A DNA stretch of 63,998 nucleotides, counting the filler, from Jimgerdemannia flammicorona (taxonomy: Eukaryota), in assembly GCA_003990765.1 (NCBI GenBank). It is 3 parts of 3 records of this genome, joined end to end, with 100 filler letters (N's around TTAATTAATTAA, not from the genome) between each part and the next. Parts side by side here need not be neighbours in the genome. Positions count along the whole stretch, not along the records: positions 1 to 21,349 come from RBNJ01001474.1; 2 more parts are not named here. One strand, 5' to 3'. Each line of letters begins with the position of its first letter. The first letter of the stretch is position 1. The notes beneath the pieces were generated by a model. The model was not told the origin of the DNA and did not search any database. It saw nothing but the letters and a program-made list of their open reading frames with translations. A program made the translations under genes and the position numbers. This document shows, one piece after another, positions 1 through 13,399 of this stretch.

Positions 1-16
1 GACAAAAAAAAAAAAC

Positions 17-130
17 TAAACAATAGCTAACCTAAGTTAATGGGGGGGCAGTGCTTGGTGGGTGGTGGGGGAAGGTTTTGGCCTATATAGTCTAGGTTCC
101 ATTCCAATAAAAATCCGCGGGACATGAGTC

Positions 131-164
<34 letters not shown>
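17..164 (+). mobile_element. 3' end and poly(A) tail of a poly(A)-tailed retroposon (family LINE-2), abutting an LTR-A copy
   Basis: AATAAA at ~107 and an A-tail at 135-164. It matches the reverse complement of 42895-43015. Confidence 0.65.
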
Positions 165-168
<4 letters not shown>

Positions 169-2090
169 AGTCAATATGAAGTCATGGAACACAAGATTTA
201 TATAAACAGAATCTTACCAATCAGGACTAAATGCATATATACTGAGCACCAAGATGCATTGAACAGAGAACTAAAACAAATAACAACCATAACTTCTAAA
301 CATACACAACCATAACCACTGAGATCTACAACCACATCCGTGCTGACATTTGGAATGCCATTGTCAACTGAGCCACACCTCCTCTACCCCTCATGAATAT
401 CCATAGCCTAACACCCCTCTACTTCATGGAAGCCTGATGGAATGCCCTGAACATGCTTAATGAGGTCCACCAAATTGGACAAATCTCAAGCTACTACTAG
501 ATTGGCTGCCTCCTAGAAGACATGGTCAAACACCACCATGATATGGACATTACCCAGATGTCTCAACACCAGAAGCTCATTGCCCACAAACATAGAGAAC
601 TCTTCTATGAGTATAGCACCTTTATTCTCTGCCTCTGAGTTACTATCAGTAAAATGGTTGCTACTCTATCCTATGGTCAAATCAATGACATGATATAAGA
701 ACTCAACCACAAGTACCTTGAGTACATCCAGACCACAGACAGAACCTTCCCATACCCTGATGACTACATCTTGCAAATGCCCCAAGTTGGATATACTATG
801 AAGGATGTCTATGATATAATCTGGTTCGATGAAGATGAAGCAGAAGATAATGATCTCTCTAACACTGATATGACCTCAAGCCAAGAATTCCTGCCAACAC
901 TAATCACACTACCAACCTTGCTGATGAACTTACAACAGTTTATAACCACCTATGAGACTTATTGGGACAATGACCACTGGCACAAATATCAACCCACATT
1001 CACCCCCAATTACTTCAACTACAATGAAGAGACTGGAGAACACAACCTGTACCTCCAGACAACCCTCGAGATCGAACCAACCACTCCACTACCCAAGTAT
1101 GAGTGACATGAACCACAGCCACCAGCATACTACAACCCTGCAACTCATAGTGCTGTAACCTATAGGAGGTATATAGATAGCGAATCCGATAAAAGCGAAG
1201 ACAATGTACCACTCCTTTGCCCCCCAATACCTTATTCAGCATATGAGACAGATGATGCTATCCTGTGGGATGGTGATGAAGTTCCAATATATTATTATCT
1301 CAGCAAACAAGGAGAAGTAATCTGTGAACCACTCTTTCTAGATAACTACTTCATCAGAGATGATGTCATCAATGGTGATGTCATCAAAGACTACACAGAT
1401 AGTGTCTAAATCTATAAATAGCTTAGCAGTCATAGTATAGTTAGATTAACCTTATATGACATGACTGTGAACTAACTCAGCAGTCAGACAATCTCTTGAC
1501 ATATCAGATCACTCTTGTACTATGACTGCATTCTGACTCAGTAAGGCACTTAGTGCTACATCCATATTTAGCATAGTCCAGATAGCCCCTCACTAGTATA
1601 AATACCCCCTCCCCCAGACCTCAGAATCTCAGACTTGAAAGACTTGAACACACAAGAACATTCCTGAATACTTCCCCACAATATCCCTTTATACAACTAC
1701 TCCTAGTATAGTAATATCATAAATAGTGAATAAACCTATTTAATAACCCACAAACTACTCTTAAGTAAATCTACTTCCCATTAGGCCCACTCCTAACCCC
1801 ATCATGAAATTTCCTAATTGGGTATTGTCTGTAGCGATATACCAATTCAACTAAGCTGGTCTTAGTTTCTTGAACTTCCTGAAATATGGAAAATCCTGAA
1901 CATCTAGAACTAGTCTGAAAAAGGACTTTGATTGAGATGTCAATCTAATTTTGAAATCAATAAGCATAGAGAATGTACTCTATACGAAATTGATCTTGAC
2001 CATAGAAAACAGTCTTCCAGAATATTCAGAACTTCCAGAAAACCCTTCCAGAACTATGTAATGGTTACCCTAAAAAGCAACCCTCTTATA
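165..2090 (+). repeat. LTR-A copy 1, lacking its first ~140 bp; no PBS follows, so it is a 3' or solo LTR
   Basis: Colinear with 49317-51376 and 53653-55713. It ends CCCTCTTATA (CA>TA). TATA motif GTATAAATACCCC at ~1596. Confidence 0.9.
312..1409 (+). pseudogene. LTR-A-internal accessory ORF (365 aa), copy 1
   Basis: 1098 nt, the same length as the other three copies. The start is ATG>ATA and the stops derive from CGA/CAG/CAA. Confidence 0.85.
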
Positions 2091-2299
2091 ATTAGAAACA
2101 GTATAAATTTATTTAGAAATTTACTTGTTAGTCACTACTAATTTATTTTAAATTTTATTTTGTTTTATTTTTTAATAAAAACCTATACTTGATCCCAGAC
2201 TTAAGCTAGAATATTATTTATTACATAATTGGGAAGATATTTGAATTGAAGAGACCAAAGATAAACTTTGTATAGTTTATAATAAAAACTATACTCCTT

Positions 2300-2961
2300 T
2301 ATCTAGATTAATTAATTGAATAAGTTCTAAAGATTATAAAGAAGTAGAAGATAATATCAATGCTATACTATATAAATATATATTTAATAAAAGATAAAAA
2401 CTGATAACAAATTCTGAGCAAGAGATAGATACTTATTTGAAAAGTAAAACTATTAAATTTCAAGTAAGAGTTGATATATTATTTTGATAGTAAGTGAGTT
2501 AGAAATTTATATTCAAATTAGATCAATTCAAAATATTATTTGAGTTTCTCTAATTGATTTAATTGATTGGAAATATTAGGACCATAGTAAAGATTTCTCA
2601 AATTTAGCAAAAATAGCATATAACTACTTAGCTATCCTAGTAACAAGTACTCTAATTGAGAGAGTTTTTTCAAGTAGTAAAGATCTTAAGTAGCTAAAAG
2701 AGGTACTTTAGACTTTAAAACAATTCATAAATATATGTATTTAAAGATATGTATAACAATTAATCTAATATTCCAATAATAATAGCTAATCCCAAATCTT
2801 AAAATATAGTTAAATTTTGAAATACTAAATAAATATAATACTTGGGTATCATATTATACTAGTATGACTCAAAATTTATAAATATACTATATCCAAATAT
2901 AATTTCTAAATATATATCTGATTGTTATATTTGAATATGATTTTTGTCATTTCTAGCCCTA
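2300..2961 (+). mobile_element. Heavily decayed hAT relic: C-terminal dimerisation domain and probable right end
   Basis: ~2550-2755 reads WK..HSKDFSNLAKIAYNYLAILVTSTLIERVFSS..RGTL, the hATC motif. It ends ...CTAGCCCTA (TAGGGCT-type terminus). Left boundary is approximate. Confidence 0.7.
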
Positions 2962-3109
2962 ATGAGATAAGTGAGATATCATTGTATCTATCCAGAAGTA
3001 CTATAGATAGATGACAAGTAGTATAAATTATATAATATATAGAATTTTGAATATATTCAAAGCTTAAGAATATATATTATATACTTAGTCACTATATCCA
3101 AAATACTTA

Positions 3110-3432
3110 TACTTATAAGCTTGTAAGCTCATAATTCTATAAGCAATAAGAATAAGTTGAGAGCTTCAAATATTATAATAAGCTTAAGCTAAGAGCTTTG
3201 AATATTGCAACAAGTACAAGACTACAATCTTGCAAGTAATAAAAGCCCATAAGCCTACAATCCTATAAGTAATGAATATAAGTCAAGAGCTTCAAATATT
3301 ATAATAAGTATAAGCCTGTAATTTTACAAGTAATAAGTATTAGCTGAGAGCTTCAAATATTGTAATAAGTATAAATCCACAAGCCTGCAAGCAATAAGTA
3401 TAAGCTGAGAGCTTCAGATATTACAATAAGTA
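3110..3432. repeat. Degenerate ~60-bp tandem repeat
   Basis: About five recurrences of GAGAGCTTCAAATATT.. ..AAGCAATAAG. Confidence 0.7.
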
Positions 3433-3764
3433 TAGATAAAATATATATATATAAATAAGCTGACTTTAATAATAATAAAAAACAAACCAAAAACTAAAAA
3501 CTAAAAAATAATCTCACCTTATAAAAAACTTCAATTCTATGTTAATCATCTTTCTAGAGTCTTTGAGAATATGAACTATACTATCAACAAGGTTGTTATT
3601 AGATTGAATAATGAAGAATCTAAGACTGATGATAAATATAAAAAGAAAAAGAAAAAGATTAAAGAAGTAATTAAGTAATTAATCTCAAGGATTAAATCTG
3701 AAGCTATCCCTCAGACTGCCCCTGAAGTCTCTACTTCTGAGACCTCTAAGACTCCTGAAGATAT

Positions 3765-4075
3765 TGCTCAAGCCTAAGCTATTACCTAAGCCCAAGTCAC
3801 TACCACCTTAGCCCAAGCCACTGCTCAAGCCCAAGCCACTATCTAAGCCCAAGCTACTCTCTAAGCCCAAGCTATTACTTAAGTCCAAGCTGCTGCCCAA
3901 GCTCAAGCTGCTGTCTAAGCCCAAGCCACTACTTAAGCCCAAGCTGCTGCCTAAGCCCAAGCTACTGCCCAAGCCCAAGTCTAAGCCCAAGGCCAAGCCT
4001 AAGCCCAAGCCCAAGCTACTGCCTAAGCCCAAGCTATTGTTCAAGCCTAAGCTGCTGATCAAGTCTAAGCTATAA
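3765..4075 (+). repeat. AAGCCC/AAGCTGCTGCCC low-complexity array, a decayed (Ala-Gln)n coding repeat
   Basis: One frame reads AQAQAAAQ with many CAA>TAA stops. Confidence 0.7.
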
Positions 4076-4264
4076 CAATTTTATAGTCATATTTAGTCTT
4101 AGTATATTTTTGCATCTTTTAGTTAATCTTTTCTTATTATTTCTTGAATATTCTACTATATTCCACCACCTTTTACTTGCTTAGAAACCTTCTCTTAGTG
4201 TCCAGACACCACTAGAATACTCTTATCTTTCCTTAGTATTAAGCATCTTATCTTAGCTAGTTAT

Positions 4265-5816
4265 TGTTATGTAGTGGTCGCTGAGTCCTTCAAATATGCC
4301 AGATTCTCTTCAAGGTATATCTCTTAGACTAACTCAAGTTTGTTATAAGCAAGTTCTTATTGGGGTGCCTTCCCAATATCTTATAGTCCTCAAACTTCTT
4401 ATCTTTAACTGTCTTGTTATCTCTTAAATTGCTTACAAGAAAGTATGTATAAGTGAAACCAGAACTGACTTTATTTCAAAGGAAATAAGAGGAGTATTTA
4501 TACAAAATATAATTCAATGGTTGCTAAGATATAAAGCTAAATATAAATTCTAATAACTAAAATAAAATGCCAGAACAGAAAAAACTGCTAAGTTCCAGGG
4601 TCAGTATTGATGGTTGTATAGGTTCAGGATACTGGTATAATTTGGTGTTATATCAAATGCCAGTGCTGGCATTATTCAGTGTTACATCAAATGCTGATGC
4701 TGGCATTATTCAGTATAACCAAGGGACTTAGAGCAGAATGTTCAGAACTATGGAGGCTTTATCTTTATCATCAGAGGTCAGGATATCTTCAAAGGAGATG
4801 AGGTCTGCAAATTTATCTTTGTTGTTGTTGTCATTATATAGATAGCACATCTCACGTGCTTTGATGTTGCACAGGATGACATCATTGCTGATGACATCAT
4901 TGCTGATGACATCATCATGTTCAGTAGCAGGGAAATTGAGAACAAGGAGATCTGAAGCTCTCCAGTCTATGAGGTTCTCTTCCACAAAATAGGAAACAAA
5001 TGTGGAGTCTTTGGGAGGTCTAATCTGGATGCTTGGGCCTTAGAATATTGAGATCAATCCTTGCAGAAATTGGTCTGGGTTGTCCTGGAGGATGGGGTGT
5101 CAGAAGTCTTCTACTTCATCACTATTGAGGGTGATAGTAGACTGGGCTTCTGTAGCCACTCTGACTTCTAGTACATTGATACAGCAGGATGACAGATCTC
5201 TGAAATCTGAGACTCTAACATACTCCAAGTTGGGGATCGACTATAATGTATGCCTGAAGATCTGGTGGATCTTTTTAGCTATCCTTGCCTCATGTATATC
5301 CATGGGAGTGGTATCTTGAGGACTAACTCCCAGCAGAGGAGATTTCTTATTTCATACTCCTGCCATATTTGGAGGCATTCAGTAGCAATGGTGATCCTTG
5401 TTTCCATTTCACAGCAGTAGAGAATATAGTGATAAGAGTCACCAGTACCCAGGTTAATACTAAGAGTCCTTCTTGAGTGTGTCCTCATGGCTCTTCTGAT
5501 GTCTTGGAACATCCTTTCATTGACTGAGATACCTTGGTGGTTTCTTGACCTTGAGGTTTGGCAGGCAGCAGGCATTTTGTTTGTGGTAAGTCTTTGAGCT
5601 ATTTTGAGATTAGTGGGTCTTATTGGTTGCTGCTACTGCAGTTCCTTGATCCTTCTTTTATATTCCTCAAGATATCATACTGTGGTCACAATGACTCACA
5701 GTTGGTCATCATTGCTTATCTCATATGCTGTATGATCTTCTTGTGCTCTGATCTGGTGGCTTGCAAGGAAAGACTATCTCCTGTGCTGATATCATCATTC
5801 TGGGATCACTGTTATA
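4265..5816 (-). repeat. 3' LTR of B1 (~1.55 kb, inferred)
   Basis: The outer end matches the 5' LTR stub next to the PBS at 42784. The inner end is inferred from PPT AGGAGGAAGA plus TGTAAC, whose context matches the family C PPT. Confidence 0.65.
4728..5575 (-). pseudogene. LTR-B-internal accessory ORF (~280 aa), copy 1
   Basis: ORF fragments 5279-5575 and 4728-4985. Homologous to the LTR-A ORF. Confidence 0.7.
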
Positions 5817-7646
5817 TCTTCCTCCTGAATAAGGATCTTCTCAAGCATCCTTATTTATTAGTCCAGTTCTAAAAAAATTGCTGATCTCATAATCTCTAGC
5901 AAGGGGTTGAAAAGTGGTATTTATAGGCTGGCATCTTCTCTTTGTATTTTGGCATAATGGTGAAGGGTTGCTCTCTTTATATAGAGCAAGGACCTGATCT
6001 GATCTTGACCAATCAGTTGATAGTTTGAACTCCTCTAGCTTTGAAAGTCTCACAGATGAGTAGCTGCTAGTACTGTATCCCTTAGAGAATAGTTCAGATA
6101 GATAGCCTGCTAGTCATGAGACATACTGTTATAATTCACAGACTAGAACCTCATGGGCAGTCATTACATTTTGCTTCTCTTATATAGGTTTATAGTACTT
6201 CTTGAGTCTGTTCCTATGTACCATGGTAGGCTATGGTCTCTGAGATTTTTCTAAGCCAGAAAGTAGTTTCCTTGATATCTTACATATAGAAGGGTTCTTC
6301 TCATTTGGGCTCCAGTTTTCATGACCATGAGACTTCTACTATATTTCGATACAGTAAAACCTTTTCTCTGATTTGGATGGGTTCTAGGGTCTTGTGATTC
6401 TTTTCTGCATTCTTCCTTGTTAGCACTTATGACTTGATAATATAATCTTCAGTCTTCTTCCTGATTTGGTATAGTCTCCTGATTTCTGCATTGACTCTTC
6501 TCCAAGTTAGGTCTAGATTTGTGGCTGAGGTTCCATCAGAATCTTCTTCTCCAAAGAGCAGTTCTCTTGAGGTAAAGTGTGTGCTCTGTGATTGTATATC
6601 TCATAGGACAGAGAGGGCAGTTGGGAGATAGTTATCTCAATTCTCATATATCTCTGAGATCTTTACCAGAATGTTCTTGAGGGTCTTATTGGTTCTCTCT
6701 ATCTGTCCATTTCCTTGAGAGTGGTACATAGTGGTCTTGATGTACTAGATCTTGTATTTCTGATACATTATCTTGTGGAATCTATTGACAAATTCTGTGC
6801 CATGGTCTATTGTGATTTTCTTTGGTGTCTTGTAGCAGCAGATGATTTCTCAGTACAGGAAGTTGGCTATAGAGAGAGCATTGACTTCTTGTAATGCTCC
6901 TGCCTCTATCTATTTGATAAAGAGGTCTACAATAACTATAATATAGCAGTTTCCTGATAGTATTACTGATAGTGGCCCAATAATATTCATTGTGATGTAG
7001 TGGAAGAGGATAGGCTCAATTCTTGATGACCCAGGTGTCTGATCTTGCTGATCTTGTTTCTGTTTGTAGCACTTGTCATATCCTTTGATAAATTGGCACA
7101 GGTCTTCTTCCATCTTGGGCCACTATATGGTTCTTCTTACTTTGTCATATGTGTTGGTTCCTCCTAGATATCCTTGCTTATATACTTCCTTCATTACTTG
7201 ATACTTCTTATATTCGGGTATTACTAGCTTTTTTTCTTTTCTGAGTATAGTGTTATCTAGTTCAAACTGTTTTCAAGTCCAGTTGATGATGGTGATTATC
7301 TAGGGTTTGAGGTGGTTGGGCATCTTCTGCTGCCCAAGATAGCTAATTAATCCATAGTATAGCTCCTTATTTATGTTAAATAGTCTTGATGAGAGTGTTT
7401 CAAGGTATCCTTGAGAGTGCATCAGCATTGGTATTGGTTCTTCCTGAGCAGTACTTGACAGTACAGTTATACTCTTGCAGCCTGTAGATCCATCTGATAT
7501 ATATTCCTTTGGGATTCAGTATGTGGAATAGCCAGGCAAGAGCAGAATAGTCTGTTTGAATGGTGAAGTGTTTTCCAGCTAGGTAGTAGTGGAACTTATC
7601 TACTGCCCAGACTACTGCTAAGCATTCAAGCTTGCATAACTTATAG

Positions 7647-9712
7647 TGTAAGAGGGTTACTTTTTAGAGTAACCATTATGTAGTTCTGGAAAGGTTTTCT
7701 GGATATTCTGGATGTTCTAGAAGACTGTTTTCTTATGGTCAAGATCAATTTTGTATGGAGTATATTCTCTATGCTTATTGATTTCAAGTTCAGGTTGATG
7801 TCTTAACCAAAGTCCTTTTTCGGACTAGTTCTGGATGTTCAGAATTTTCCGTATTTCAGGAAGTTCAAGAAACTAAGACCAGCTTAGTTGAATTGGCATA
7901 TCGCTGCAGACAATACCCAATTAGGAAATTTCATGATGGGGTTAGGAGTAGGACCTAATGGGGAGCGAATTTACTTCAGAGTGGTTTGTGAGTTATTAAA
8001 TAGGTTTATTCGCTATTCATGATATTGCTATACTAGGAGTAGTTGTTTGAAGGGATGGGGAAGTGTTCAGGAATGTTCTTGTGTGTTCAAGTCTGAGATT
8101 CTGAGGTCTGGGAGAGGGGGTATTTATACTAGTGAGGGGCTACATACATATCTGGACTATACTAGATGTAGATGTAGTACTAAGTGCTTTGCTGAGTCGG
8201 GATGCAGTCACGTAGTACAAGTATGATCTGACATATCAAGAGATTGTCTGACTGCTGAGTCAGTTCACAGTCATGTCATATAAGGCTAATCTAACTATAC
8301 TATGACTGCTTAGACTATTTATAGGTTTAGGCACTGTCTGGGTAGTTCTCGATGATATCACCATCAATTGTATCATCTCTGATGAAGTAGTCATCTAGGA
8401 AGAGTGGTTCGCAGATTACTTCTCCTTATTCGCTAAGATAATAATACATTGGAACTTCATCTCCATCCCACAAGATGGCATCATTAGTCTCATATGCTGG
8501 GTAAGGTGTTGGTGGACAAAGGAGGGGTACATTGTCTTCACTTTCATTAGTTTCACTATCTGCATACCTTCTATAGGTTATGGCACTATGAGTCACAGGG
8601 TTGTAGTGAGCTGGTGGCTATGGTTCATGTCACTCGTACTTGGGTGGTGGAGTGGTTGGTTCAATCTCGAGGGTTGTCTGGAGGTACAGGTTGTATTCTC
8701 CAGTCTCTTCATTGTAGTTGAAGTAATCGGGGGTGAACACAGGTTGGTATTCATGCCAGTAGTCATTGTCCCAATAAGTCTCGTAGGCTGTTATGAATTG
8801 TTGTAAGTTCATTGGCAAGGTTAGTGGTGTGATCAGGGTTGGCAGAAATTCTTGGCTAGAGGTTATGTCAGCATCAGAGGGATTATTGTCTTCTGCTTTA
8901 TCTTCATTGAAGTGGATTATATTATAGATATCCTTCATGGCATATCCAACTTGGGGCATTTGCAGGATATGATCATTGGGGTGTGGGAAGGTTCTGTCTG
9001 TAGTTTTGATGTACTCGAGATACTTGTGGTTGAGTTCTTGTATCATGTCATTGATTTGGCCATAGGACAGAGTAGTGACCATTTCGCTGGTGGTAACTCA
9101 GAGGCAGGGAATAATAGTACTGTACTTGTAGAAGAGTTCTCAATATTTACAGGCGATGAGCTTCTGGTGTTGGGACATCTGGGTAATGTCTGTATCATGG
9201 TGGTGCTTGATCATATCTTCTAGGAGGCAGCCGATCTGGTAGTAACTTGAGATTTGTCCAATTCGGTGGGCCTCACTAAGCATGTTCAGAGCATTCCATT
9301 GGGGTTCCACAAAGTAGAGGAGTGCTAGGCTATGGATATTCATGAGGGGCAGAGGGGGTGTGGCTCCATTGACAATGGTATTCCAAATGTCAGCATGGAT
9401 ATAGGTATAGATCTTGGTGGTCATGTTTGTGTGTTTGGAAGTTGTGGTTATTGTTTGTTTTGATTCTCTAATTTGATATGTCTTGGTGCTCAGTATATAT
9501 GTATTTGATCCTAATTGGTAAGATTCTGTTTATGTAAATCTTGTGTTCTGTGACTTCGTATTGACTCAGCTTTGTATGCTGTGACTTCAGTTTGACTCAG
9601 CTTCATGATCAAGCAGGTGATTTCCAGATTTGTTCAGAGGTCGCATGTGATTTCAGTGGTTTGTTCAGAGGGTGACATGTAATTTTGGTGGCTTGGAGGT
9701 TGTGCACTTACA
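7647..9712 (-). mobile_element. Complete solo LTR-A (2066 bp) inserted in the RNase H region of B1
   Basis: TGTAAG...CTTACA termini. 5-bp TSD TATAG/CATAG; the uninterrupted site ACTCATAGTTC is seen at ~38910. Confidence 0.95.
8327..9424 (-). pseudogene. LTR-A-internal accessory ORF, copy 2
   Basis: ATG at 9424 to TAA at 8327, 1098 nt, with a few transition-derived stops. Confidence 0.85.
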
Positions 9713-10879
9713 CATAGTTCTGTTCTGCTCTGTGGGTACCTCAGCTTGCATAGGAGATGACATATTCATGTCTATCTTTCTTCTGAGCTAAGACTGCTCC
9801 AAGTTCTATAGCACTTGCATCTATCTGCAGGATGAATTCTAGGTTCCAATCTGGTCTTCTGAGGATAGATACTTGGGTCAATCTGGTCTTGAGTTCATTG
9901 AAGGTTTCTTGGTATTCCTTGGTCTATTCAAATTTGGTCTCCTTCTTCAATAGCTCATAGATAGGTACTGCAATATTAGAGTATCCTTTGATGAACCTTC
10001 TGTAGTAGCTGGCCAGTCCAAGGAAGACATAGACTTCTATGGTTGTTCTGGGTCTTGGGTAGGTTACAACAGCCTCAATCTTCATAGAGTCTGTGTGGAT
10101 TCTAGTCTGATTGATGAGGTGTCCTAGGTAGGTGATTTCCTGAGCTGCAAACTTGCATTTCTTGGACTTGATGTAAAGGCCATACTCCTTGAGCTTCTTG
10201 AGGGCTAGCTGTATGTGATTGATATGTTTCCATGCAGTATTGCTGAAGACTCTATTCATTATTTACTAAAAACTTACTGGGACATTGCATATTCCAAATA
10301 GCATTCGCAGGTAGATATAGGTGTAATGAAGACTGATTTCTTACCGGCATCTTGAGTGAGACTAATCTGATGGAAGCCTGAGAACAGATCCAGGGTGGTG
10401 TAGTATTTGGCTTCACTTCTAAAAGTGGTGAGGATTTCTTGAATATTTGGCAAGGGCTGCCTATCCTTCTTGGTGATGGTATTGAGCTTCCTGTAGTCAA
10501 TACAGAGTCTTGGTGCAAACTCTCCAGGCTTGCTTCCTTTCTTTGGGGCAAAGATAATAGGTGAGGCCTAGGGGCTGATAGCTTGCTTGATAATTCTGGC
10601 TTCTTCCATTTCCTTGAGTTCTGCTTGCAGCCATTCTCTATAGGTGGTCTGACTTTCTGGTAGATGGGCTTGGTATCACCAGTGTCAACTTTGTGGTAGT
10701 ACTTAGGTTCTTGATTGTGGATATCTCTGAAGTCTGTAGCAAGTACTCCTTTATTCTGGTGCAGAATCTTGAGAAGTTGTTCTTCCAGGGGGAAGTTTTC
10801 TCCAATAGTGTATGTGTGCTTATTCTGGTCCTTGCCTTTCTTATGCTTAAGTTCAGTAATCTTGGTAGTGGCATAGGCT

Positions 10880-11300
10880 CCTCTTCCAGTAGATCCAAAG
10901 CCTTGTTCTCCTCTCTTAGTCTTGATGAGTTTGATGGCTTCTATGATCTTGGGCTTCTTGATTTCATAGATCAGTATCTGGTCAATCCTGTCATACTTCT
11001 TGACTTCGAATGGAGTAGTGGGGTTGTGATTCCTGACTATGAGAAAGATCTTGCCAGTGTAATCAGGATTAATTACTCCTCCTTCAACTGAGATTTTGCT
11101 TTTGGCCAGACTGCTCCTAGTCTTGATAATTCCAGCATGGTTTTCTGATAGCTTGACTCCAATTCCAGTGCTAAGTAGGGTAGTAGTCTGTGGTTTGAGG
11201 GTAGTATCTTGAATGCTGGCAAAGTCCATTCCTATGGCTCCTTCAGTCTTATATTCTGGGATCTTGGCTTTGGGGTGAAACTTCTTGACCTTGAGGGTGA
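10880..11300 (-). pseudogene. dUTPase domain of B1 pol
   Basis: AIGMDF, TRSSLA, GGVINPDYTG, DRI.Q and RGEQGFGSTG correspond to dUTPase motifs 1-5. Confidence 0.92.
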
Positions 11301-12799
11301 TGTCTGATTCTTGTTCCTCTTTATTATCACTGTCAGCCTGAAGCTCTGGGGGCTGGTCATCTTCTTCAGCTTTCTTTTTTGCTTTGGTGGCTTCTTGCTT
11401 GTGTTTCTGTTGGTGGATTTTCCTGACTTCACTAATATAGGACCAGCAGTCATTCAGGTGTTCAGAGTAGTACATCCTAGTACCATAGGGACATTTTCCT
11501 TGAGGGGTATAGCTATTGATGATCTTGTTGTACCACTGCTCATCTGTGAGCTTGGGTATCTTGTTTTTGTTCTTGTTCACCAAGTGCATAAAGACCTCTG
11601 TATCCTCTTTATCTCTTTTCTCTATGTCTGGTAGAACTTCTTTGTAGACATTGATAGAGACTCATATCTTTCTTCCTCTATAGTTGATCTGCATCTTCTG
11701 GGCATTGAGGTCAATGATGGCCTTGGCCTTGTAAAGCCATTGGTTGCTAATGAGGATGTCATAGTTGGTGGTACTTATAATAATCACATCTACTGAGATA
11801 GTAGCTCCTCCTATTTTGATGGAGACTTCTCGGATTTTGCCAAGGGGGGTAGCTCGTGTACCATCTGCTGTAACATAGACCATCTTGGCGAACTCTTCAA
11901 TATCCCAACCTAGGCAGTCAATTGCCTTCTTGCTCATAAGGCATCCTCCAGTACTGGTATCAATGATGGTATCAAAGATACAGTCTTCAATCTGACATGA
12001 GGTATAGGCTGATGTCTTATGCTGGTCTTTGGATTCTTCACCTAAGTTTTCAGATTCTTCCTATGCATTATGAGCTTCTACAATCTTGTACTCTTGATTC
12101 TTGGCAGTAGTTGTAAGTCCTACTCTTAACTGCTGTCTGAAGGCAGGGACTTTGGCTAGCTGTCCAAAGGTAGCATTGACCTTCTGTTCCTTGAGATTCT
12201 TGTAGATATCATACTGATGGATCTTGGTCTTGCACAGCTTCTGTTCCTTCTTACTTTTGCTTTCTTCTGAGACTGGAGTTATGTCTTTAATGATTTGGTG
12301 AGCAGCTTCATCTAACTCCATATCTTGATCAATCTCCTCAGGTTGGGTCTTACTTTGAATAGTGACAGCTGGGGTCTTCTTTGGTCTTCCAACTGGCTTG
12401 CTGTTGCTCTTCTTATCATAGAGCTTGGACTGGGTTCTGGTACCTTCAGTAGCAGGGTAGAATTTGAGCTCCTTGTAGTATTCTTCATCATTAGTGTCAC
12501 CAATCTCCTCAATGACTACTGCATTGGTTTGTTCTCTAGTTCTGCTAGCATTGCTTGGTTGGGCTTTGTGTCTTGTTTTGATCATACAATTCTTTGCATA
12601 GTGGCCTTCTTCTCCACATCTGAAGCATGTGATATTGTATTCTTCTATAGTAGCTGCAAATCTCTACACTGGTCTTCTGTTAGCACTTCAGACTTCTCTA
12701 ACAACATCACCAAGGTGTACAGTTATCTTGGCGAACTGCTTGGTGAGTTCTTCTACTGGGTCAGCTTTGGCTGCCTTGGGTAGTGCTCCAAATGAGTCA

Positions 12800-13120
12800 A
12801 TTCGAATCAAATCCGGATTCGATTCATCACATGACAGTTTGATCCAAATCTCAAATCCAAAGCCATCTGAATCAACTCAGATTAATCTGAATCACCTCAT
12901 CTGAATCACCCCATCTGAATCACTCATCCAAACCACCCCAATCTAAATCACTCAATTCAAATCACTCAATTCAAATTACTCAATCCAAATCACTCAATCC
13001 AAATCACTCAATCTGAATCCTCCAATTTAAATCCTCCAATTCAAATCCTCTAATTCGAATTCTTCAATCTGAATCCTCATCCAAATCCTTCAACTGAATC
13101 CTTCAATCCAAATTCTCCAT
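12800..13120. repeat. hAT left subterminal repeat array (~13-14-bp ATCYRAATCACTCA units)
   Basis: Direct inspection. A shorter related cluster lies at ~19150-19270. Confidence 0.85.
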
Positions 13121-13399
13121 ATGACTCATATGCCAGATACATCTATAATACAATATATATACATATATATAATATATACACATACATACACATGTACATG
13201 CAAACATGTAAACACACATATCAATAGATCAGTCTTCAACAGTTCACAGTACTGATGATACTTCAAGTTAAATATCTCTGATAGTTCCACACCTTCCATG
13301 CAATCCTTGCTCTGAAATCTGGCAACATTGTGCTAAGATAAGAGATGATGTTGTTTGTAATTATTGCAGATAAAAAATTAAGATGTACCTATTGACACT

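Noticed and set aside
124..315. Poly-Lys ORFs here and at 57875-58144
   Set aside because: They arise from reading through retroposon poly(A) tails.
3765..4075. AAGCCC/TAAGCC hexamers as an interstitial telomere
   Set aside because: The units are interleaved with GCT/ACT codons in a constant frame, which fits a decayed AQ coding repeat better.
10693..12783. Hydrophobic plus-strand ORFs over B pol, repeated in B2 and B3
   Set aside because: They are antisense shadows of A-rich pol codons, and their recurrence just reflects repeat copies.
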